From Octopus sinensis (taxonomy: Eukaryota), in the NCBI RefSeq assembly GCF_006345805.1, contig NC_043019.1, positions 15,871,360 to 15,935,359 on the forward strand: 64,000 nucleotides of DNA. The letters are read 5' to 3'. This document shows positions 56,232 through 64,000 of this stretch, piece by piece; within the stretch, counting starts at the first letter, position 1; every line of letters starts with the position of its first letter. A program made the translations under genes and the position numbers. Under the pieces are notes generated by a model. It did not search any database. It worked only from the letters and a program-made list of their open reading frames with translations, and was not told where the DNA came from.

Positions 56232-57928
56232 TTAAGTGACACTCATTACACAGGCTAGTACACAAAGTATCTTACAGTGGTACCATCACTAGTAGGGTTG
56301 CTTTGTACTCCTGCGGAAAATTTTAAATTCTTACCACTTGAACATGGTTGAAGATATGAACAAAAGACATACAGCAATGACAAGAACCAGGATGGATGGA
56401 TGGTTGAAGGGTGAAGAGAACAACAGTGTGATAGAATAAAATAGTGATTGGTGTGGCAGAGTGATGGATTGCAATGGAAGTGGACAAATGGTAACAGGGA
56501 GTGGTGATGTCAGAAGAGATTAGGGAAGTGGAGTATAGAAAGGGTAACAGTTTGTATACACAGTACAAACCATTGATCCCTTATACATACACTTCTGACA
56601 ATGAGTGGGAAAGGTAAAGTGAGAAGGTTTTAGTCGAACAAAATGACCACAGGACTTTTATCTTTTAAAACCAGTAATTATTCCATTGGTCTCTTTTCCT
56701 GAACCGCTAAGTTATGGCATGCAAAAACAAAAGATATACACACATAGATATATACATATATATATAACAGTCTTCTTTCAGTTTCTCTCTACCATATCCA
56801 CTAACAAGGCTTTGGTCAGCCCAGGGCTTATAGTAAAAAGTTCCACTCAGTGCGACTGAACCCAGATCCATATGGTTGGGAAGCAAGCTCCTTACCATGC
56901 AGGCATACCTGTATATATTTCAATATTTCACTTAGGCAAAGTGATACTAGTAACATGATGTTAAAATTCAATATACATATGCTTCAAAAAGAAGCATTTG
57001 TCAAGTGCAGAGTGTAATAAAAAGAAAATGACAAGGGAATAAGAAATTATGTAATGAACCTCATTAGCTTACAGCTGTTTCTGCTAAAAGATGCAATGCA
57101 CTTTAAGTGGAATGCTTGTGTAATCACCCAACAACTTTGTTGGAACTTACAGAATAATGCTTCAAAGTCTCATTCAAACCATTCCAGCATGGAAAAAGCA
57201 GATAAAAAAAACAATTATGATACACACATGAATATATATATATACACACACACACACATCTATATTATCATCCAACGTCCATGTTCCATGCTGGCATAAG
57301 TAGGATGGTTTAATGGTATCTGATAGGCCCAAGAACAGCATCATGCTCCAGTGTCTGCTTTGACAGGGTCTCTATGACTGAAAACCCTTTCTAATGCCAA
57401 CCATTTTACAGCATGCACTAGTTACTTTTTTCATGCCTTCAGCACTAATGAGGTGGCCATGCAGCTTGCAACAGGACACCTTTATGCTAGGAGATGAAAG
57501 GTAGGAGTATGAGAGAAGAGGCCAGACAAAAGCAGGTTCCTTGTTTGTTGTAGAGGATCTACATGGCTACTTAGAATGTAGAAGAGAAGGTGGGAATGAT
57601 TGCGTGACATTTTAGAAGAGAGGGTGGGAATAATTGAGTAACATGGGAAAGTGATAATAAATTAGTGATGAGGTGTCAGGAAAGACATTGAAAGTACACG
57701 GTCTGTGTTTACATTCCTGAGTCTGCACTTTCAAAGAAGTAGAATGAAAACTTAATTGTTAAATGGGAAAGGGTTGACAACAGAAAGAGCATCTGACTAA
57801 AATTACTGCTTCAAATAAGTACTCATCTAACCCAAACCAGCATAGAAATATGGATGTACAATGAACACACAATTTAATATTCACACACATACACAAGTAT
57901 ACATACATGCATGTATGTATGCATGTAC

Positions 57929-58152
57929 CTTTTACTTGTTTCAGTCATTAGACTGCAGCCATGCTATGGCATTGCCTTGAATGAAACGAACTGATCCCAG
58001 GATGTACTTTTTGAAAGCCTGGTACTTATTCTATCAGTCTAGCAATTTTGCCGAACTTCTAAGTTATGGGGATGTTAACACACCAACATAGCTGACAAAC
58101 AGTGGGGGACAAACACAGACACTAAAACACACATAGTGTGTGTGTGTGTATG

Positions 58153-58184
<32 letters not shown>

Positions 58185-58337
58185 CACGATGGGCTTCTTT
58201 CAGTTTGCGTCTACCAAATTCACTCACAAGGCCTTTGGTCGAACCAAGGCTGCAGTAGAAGACATTTGCCAAAGGTACCACGCAGTAGGACTGAACCCAG
58301 AACCATGTGCTTGGGAAGCAAACTTTTTACTACACAG
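57929..58337 (-). mobile_element. tRNA-derived SINE, family A
   Basis: Reverse-complement collinear with 49378-49762. Another copy lies at ~47536-47912(-). Confidence 0.8.
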
Positions 58338-58516
58338 ATGATAAATATATGTTGCAACTATTATACATACTAACATAGATTACACTATAATAATCAGTAG
58401 CTTTATATTCAGTGCACATTATTTTGCGTACTAACTTACACAAACTTAGAAAACATATACAGATGTATGTAATAAATATATTAATGAATATAAATACATA
58501 TTCATATATTCAGAAT

Positions 58517-58572
<56 letters not shown>

Positions 58573-58945
58573 ATACATACATACTCACACAAACGTAGAT
58601 CTGTTTGTATGGAAAGTTATGAGTAAGCATGTAGATGTTTTGAAAAAGTTAAATGTAAACAAAAGGTTTTTAACTACAGAACACTTGACCAGAGCAACCA
58701 AACCGTCATTAGTCAATACTAGTGTACTACAAGTACACAGCAGACGGACAAGAACTGATTGACCAACACACTACTGGTCAACAAAGTAGTAGCGATCTGC
58801 TAGAAATAGCAGCAAAGCATGCCACAAAATCACACTTATATGCAGCAGATACTTTGGCCATGCCTGGAACGTCATGGATTATTAAAAATTTATTAATTCA
58901 CGGCTGACCAAATTACATGAACACACAGGAGATAGTAAAACTAAT

Positions 58946-58986
<41 letters not shown>

Positions 58987-58990
<4 letters not shown>

Positions 58991-59172
58991 ATCCAAACAA
59001 GAAAACACAAAAAAAAAAACACAACAACGCGAGGACGTGGAACAAATATAGTATTATTGGACGCTCAGGAAAGAAGGGAAGAAGGAGGGTTTAACGTTTC
59101 GAGCGGAGCTCTTCGTCGGAAACATAGAAGGGAAGACAGAGGGAAAAATCGCCAACGGTACACACGAGGTCA
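58987..59172 (-). mobile_element. Short CpG-rich element inserted in (TA)n, probably a Penelope-like terminal repeat
   Basis: About 185 bp of unique CpG-rich sequence bounded on both sides by TA/CA microsatellite and carrying a hammerhead-like motif. Confidence 0.55.
59089..59123 (-). ncRNA. Hammerhead ribozyme variant (U4C core, loop-less palindromic helix III)
   Basis: Minus strand GTTT|CCGACGA|A|GAGC-tcc-GCTC|GAAA|CG|TT|AAAC. Helix I 4 bp, helix II 4 bp, AACGTT palindrome. The core reads CCGACGA instead of CUGANGA and has one extra A before helix II. Confidence 0.55.
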
Positions 59173-60003
59173 TATATACACACACACACACACTGTTTGA
59201 ATAGAGTTAAGACGGTCATGGTTGGAACGTCTTCTAATCCATGGGTTTACTGGACCAGAGCCTGCACTGGGGCTAAAGTACAAGCAACACGACACAAGAT
59301 CTAAAACCTGGGTATTTCAACGAGTATGACGCTAGAAAAAATACTAAGCTCACAATACTCGGGAACAATTAAAAGCTATCGTTAGCTGGTTGTATGCTAT
59401 ATATATCTACATGTCAATCCATACAGACAAACGTATATATACACATAAGGTATCCGATCCGTACAAACTGTAAATCCCACTCAGGGACTGGTACCCAGCG
59501 CAGCAGTTATGTGTGTGTGTATGAATGTTTAAAAGTCGCTTTTAACCCCCCATGCTACATGAACGAATATTTATAAAAGCGGGAAACATAGATGTTCGGT
59601 ATTTGACCCAAGTACTTGGGGGGTAAATAAGGGGGTGAGTACTGTAAGTTATAAGCAGCGTCAGGGTGTGTGTGTGTATGTGTTACATCCTAACACCAGC
59701 GTATACATGTCGAAAGGCGGTCAGAGAAACAGAGTGACAGAGATAAACTGAGAGTGAGGAAGGGAGGGTGGAAGTGAGGAAGGCGGGTGAGAGGGGTGGG
59801 AGATGATATGAAGAAGAGAAAAAAAAAAAAGAAAGTAGGTTTGAAAAAGAGACACCCAGCCCCGCCGCTCCATCATCATTATCACTACCAATCTCTCCTG
59901 CACGACCAGCATCAATGAGATTATTATTATAAATAGAACATTTAATGATACACTTTAAGACTACTGCTACTTCGTCTTCATAACAAATAACTGACTATTT
60001 ACT

Positions 60004-60006
<3 letters not shown>

Positions 60007-60046
<40 letters not shown>

Positions 60047-60350
60047 GATACATGGCTATATTAACAAACATATTTATGAACACACGATGTTTATTTACTT
60101 TGCACCGTTTATGTGTACGTGCATGTGAATATTTATATATAAATCCACACATACATATACACTCACTCTCTCTCTCACGTACATCTTTTGCCTTCAAATA
60201 TACTTAGTACTCTGTACATTACTTTCCAAACACCACCTTTTCCCAAGCACGTTGCCAAAATTTCCATTCATTGTAATATCAAAAACACGAAATTAAAATG
60301 AAAACTACATGTGATTGTATCAGCATATACATATGCATGTGTGTGTGTAT

Positions 60351-60384
<34 letters not shown>

Positions 60385-60596
60385 AATATATATATTTATA
60401 TATATTATAAACGGTAGGTTTGCAGTGTTGAAGCTATCCTGTCATTTTCGACCGAAAACTTGCCTCAGTTTATGCAAGTTTTCTTAATGAAGACTTTACA
60501 GAACAAGGAAGCAATTTATTTTCAAAAGTTAAAAATATTTCTATTCACGTTGTCGGCCTTAAGGCGTTTGCTTGCCTGCTCGCGTATGTGTGTGTG

Positions 60597-60628
<32 letters not shown>

Positions 60629-61004
60629 TGTCAAGTCACGGATACAGGACAATTAGGACATATGAACTCAATGAAAGTTGAGGACTTCCTCCATTAAAGC
60701 AATATTGCAACAATGTTTCATTCACATTTTGACAGTTCAAAATAATGATCACAAAAATGTAAGGACTTCAGAATTTGCAAACATACTGGGCAAAAGTACG
60801 TGGATCAAGCCAATGACCCAGTATCCGGTAGTTAAAAAAAAACAACAAACATTACAAACCAAGTGCTTGATTTGCACAAACACACATACGTTACTGCAGT
60901 AGATGCTTATGAACACTTCGGGACGGAAGTGTTCATAAGCATCAATAACTAAATGATAACATATTCATAACTTACGGATCCACTAGTTTTGATAAATACA
61001 TCAC

Positions 61005-61053
<49 letters not shown>

Positions 61054-61344
61054 GATACATGGCTATATTAACAAACATATTTATGAACACACCGATGTTT
61101 ATTTACTTTGCAACCGTTTATGTGTACGTGCATGTGAATATTTATATATAAATCCACACATACATATACACTCATCTCTCTCTCACGTACATCTTTTGCC
61201 TTCAAATATACTTAGTACTCTGTATTACTTTCCAAACACCACCTTTTCCCAAGCACACGTTGCCAAAATTCCATTCATTGTAATATCAAAAACACGAAAT
61301 TAAAATGAAAACTACATGTGATTGTATCAGCATATACATATGCA

Positions 61345-61375
<31 letters not shown>

Positions 61376-62003
61376 GTATATATAATAAATATATATATTT
61401 ATATATATATAAACGGTAGGTTTGCAGTGTTGAAGCTATCCTGTCATTTTCGACCGAAAACTTGCCTCAGTTTATGCAAGTTTTCTTAATGAAGACTTTA
61501 CAGAACAAGGAAGCAATTTATTTTCAAAAGTTAAAAATATTTCTATTCACGTTGTCGGCCTTAAGCGTTTGCTTGCCTGCTCGCGTATGTGTGTGTGTTT
61601 TCAGAGAGAGAGAGAGAGAGAGAGAGGTGTCAAGTCACGGATACAGGACAATTAGGACATATGAACTCAATGAAAGTTGAGGACTTCCTCCATTAAGCAA
61701 TATTGCAACAATGTTTCATTCACATTTTGACAGTTCAAAATAATGATCACAAAAATGTAAGGACTTCAGAATTTGCAAACATACTGGCAAAAGTACGTGG
61801 ATCAAGCCAATGACCCAGTACCGGTAGTTAAAAAAAAAACAACAAACATTACAAACCAAGTGCTTGATTTGCACAACACACATACGTTACTGCAGTAGAT
61901 GCTTATGAACACTTCGGGACGGAAGTGTTCATAAGCATCAATAACTAAATGATAACATATTCATAACTTACGGATCCACTAGTTTTGATAAATACATCAC
62001 CCA
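60007..62003 (+). repeat. ~1-kb direct tandem duplication (60007-61007 and 61008-62003)
   Basis: Two near-identical copies, each starting in (TA)n(CA)n and ending gataaatacatcaccca. The differences seen are small indels. Confidence 0.95.
60902..60943. other. Perfect 18-bp stem hairpin (duplicated at 61898-61939)
   Basis: GATGCTTATGAACACTTC-gggacg-GAAGTGTTCATAAGCATC. Confidence 0.9.
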
Positions 62004-62328
62004 CACACACACACACACACACACACAAGGAATGCTGAAAAGTTCCTGGCTTTAAGGGTGTCGCGAATGGCCTGGTTGGAAGCCCAACTTTCCAAGTTCT
62101 TTTACAGGGTTTAGAAAAACTTAAGGACCATTGCAATGAGGAGATTTAAGGCGGTGCTCCAGCATGGCCGCAGTCTTGCGACTGAAACCATTAAAGGAAT
62201 GGAAAAAAAAACTGATCCTGCTGTATTTTCTTTTCCACAATGCCAGCAACTTTTCAGGACCCCCCCCCATGCATATGCACACACGAGAGAGAAAAACACT
62301 CAACCCATTTAGCACCAGTACATAAATA

Positions 62329-62506
62329 ATTATTTAAAACATTTTGACTCTGCTCCTTACGACAAAGTTTCGCAGGCCTCTTCACAGAACTTCTGACTCA
62401 TCCAGGCTTAGATAACTGGTTATCTAAGCTTGGACGAGCCAGGTCTCTGTAAAGCGCCTGCGAAACTATAAGTTGCGTAGAACCGAATCAAACTATTTTA
62501 AATAAT
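62329..62506. repeat. ~178-bp imperfect palindrome (foldback or MITE-like)
   Basis: Symmetric blocks ATTATTTAAAA/TTTTAAATAAT, AGTTTCGCAGGC/GCCTGCGAAACT and central CTTAGATAAC-tg-GTTATCTAAG. Confidence 0.85.
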
Positions 62507-62514
62507 AACAATAT

Positions 62515-62574
<60 letters not shown>

Positions 62575-63339
62575 AACACATGTATACATATCTATAGATC
62601 ACACACCCAGAACGTATAAATTATATTCTCTGCTTAATGTTATCTCAGATTTTGTCTCAAAGTGATCACACTAAGCGGATATATATCAGTTCTTGATAGT
62701 TATTAATAGGTGGAGATAGTGTGATGCATATTCATTCATTCTCCCACCCACCCCACATCCACCACCACCACCTTCAAGAGCCAATACATACGTTAAACGG
62801 ATGTAAATGGAAATGGCTCCATTACTGGAGCTGGAAATTGAAACTGGGTCATCACCTCACCCACCTTACTACCACCACCACCACCATCGACACCGCCGCC
62901 TCCATATAGCAACCTACCATTATCGATTTTCGTTCAGGCACCACCAGGACCACTCCACTCGTTTATAAAGTAATAAAAATGGAATCCTTGTGATGTTTAT
63001 TTATACTGCCAGCAGTGCCATCCGCCGCCACCATCTCTCAGCCAATTCGTCACTTAACCGCTACCACCACCACCACCACCTCCATTGCCGCAACCCTTCG
63101 TCCTATTTCTCTTGTTTTCCTTTTCTTTCAGGAGTAAAGCGAAAAAAAAGAAAAACAAAGACACACACACACACACATATAAAGGAAATGCATGAATGCC
63201 ACGTAATATCATCATTACTCACACACACACACAAACAAAAACCATATTCCCCAACCCCGCTCTTTTTCTCCCTCTACCTGACACACACACACACTTCTAA
63301 CAATGATATTAATCAATGGAATAATTACTTAACGCCAAT

Positions 63340-63450
63340 TTTTATAAGGACGGAAATTCGCTTCCCTCTAATTTTTTTCTGGTCATAATATCTTCCGCGC
63401 ATTTATGGTGCCGCACGTTGGTCTGCGCGAAACTCTCGGCCCTTCAGTCA
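63340..63450. promoter_or_regulatory. CpG-dense unique segment, possible promoter or enhancer
   Basis: Locally high CpG with an E2F-like GCGCGAAA (63425-63432) and an ETS-like CTTCCGC; not part of any recognised repeat. Confidence 0.3.
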
Positions 63451-63769
63451 CACTTTGTAACTTTTGTCAATAAATAGAAAATACTTATTACACGTTTTGG
63501 CTTCTATTTCGTTGTTTATATCAAACCTATGTACATGTGTATGTGTGTGTGAGAGAGAGAGAGAGAGAGAGTACACTTGAAATTGGTGTTAGTGTGTTTA
63601 CGTCCCCGTAATCTGGTGGTTCGACAAAAGGAGCTGAAGTCTAAGTCGAACAGTTCACAAAATCATAAACTGTTGGGGGAGGGGGGGGTCGTCTAAAAAT
63701 GCTTGGAGACCCCCAACATAACCGCAGTTCAGTTGGCTGCAAGAAAAGCTAACAAGTTATACACACACA

Positions 63770-64000
63770 TATAGTTACACATACATATATATAAATGTAT
63801 ACACACACACACACATATATATATAGATATATATATATATATAAACATATATTCATATATATATATATGTATATAAACATATATATATATACATAAACAT
63901 ACATATATATATATATATGTATATAAACATATATATATACATAAACATACATATATATATGTATATAAACATATATAAAACACATATATATATATATATA
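63770..64000. repeat. Compound TA/CA microsatellite with higher-order units
   Basis: Repeats of gtatataaacatatatatatacataaacat among TA runs. Confidence 0.9.

Overview
AT-rich eukaryotic DNA, dense in repeats and microsatellites. The SINE, MITE and microsatellite content resembles an Octopus (coleoid cephalopod) genome; this is inferred from recall, not from a search. The only well-supported coding segment is a 324-bp phase-1/phase-1 exon on the minus strand (19748-20071) encoding an Ig domain most like Ig1 of protogenin/DCC/neogenin-family receptors. A weak candidate first exon lies at 41614-41656. Nearly all other listed ORFs are translated microsatellite or SINE sequence. Mobile elements include a deleted Tc1 transposon with perfect TIRs, hAT MITEs with 8-bp TSDs, piggyBac-type (TTAA) MITEs, three tRNA-derived SINE families, two 3' fragments of a restriction-like-endonuclease (HERO-like) LINE and an RTE-like 5' leader. 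There is also a decayed tRNA-Glu pseudogene. The most notable hidden signal is a set of minimal type I hammerhead ribozymes: two with a complete core on the + strand (13360, 24150), one core variant on the - strand (59089) and one half-motif. The three full motifs have a palindromic helix III, sit in short microsatellite-flanked cassettes and share no obvious sequence outside the core. Other observations are long hairpins, a mosaic of CpG retention and decay, and a 1-kb tandem duplication that looks like an assembly artefact. All alignments and folds were done by eye.
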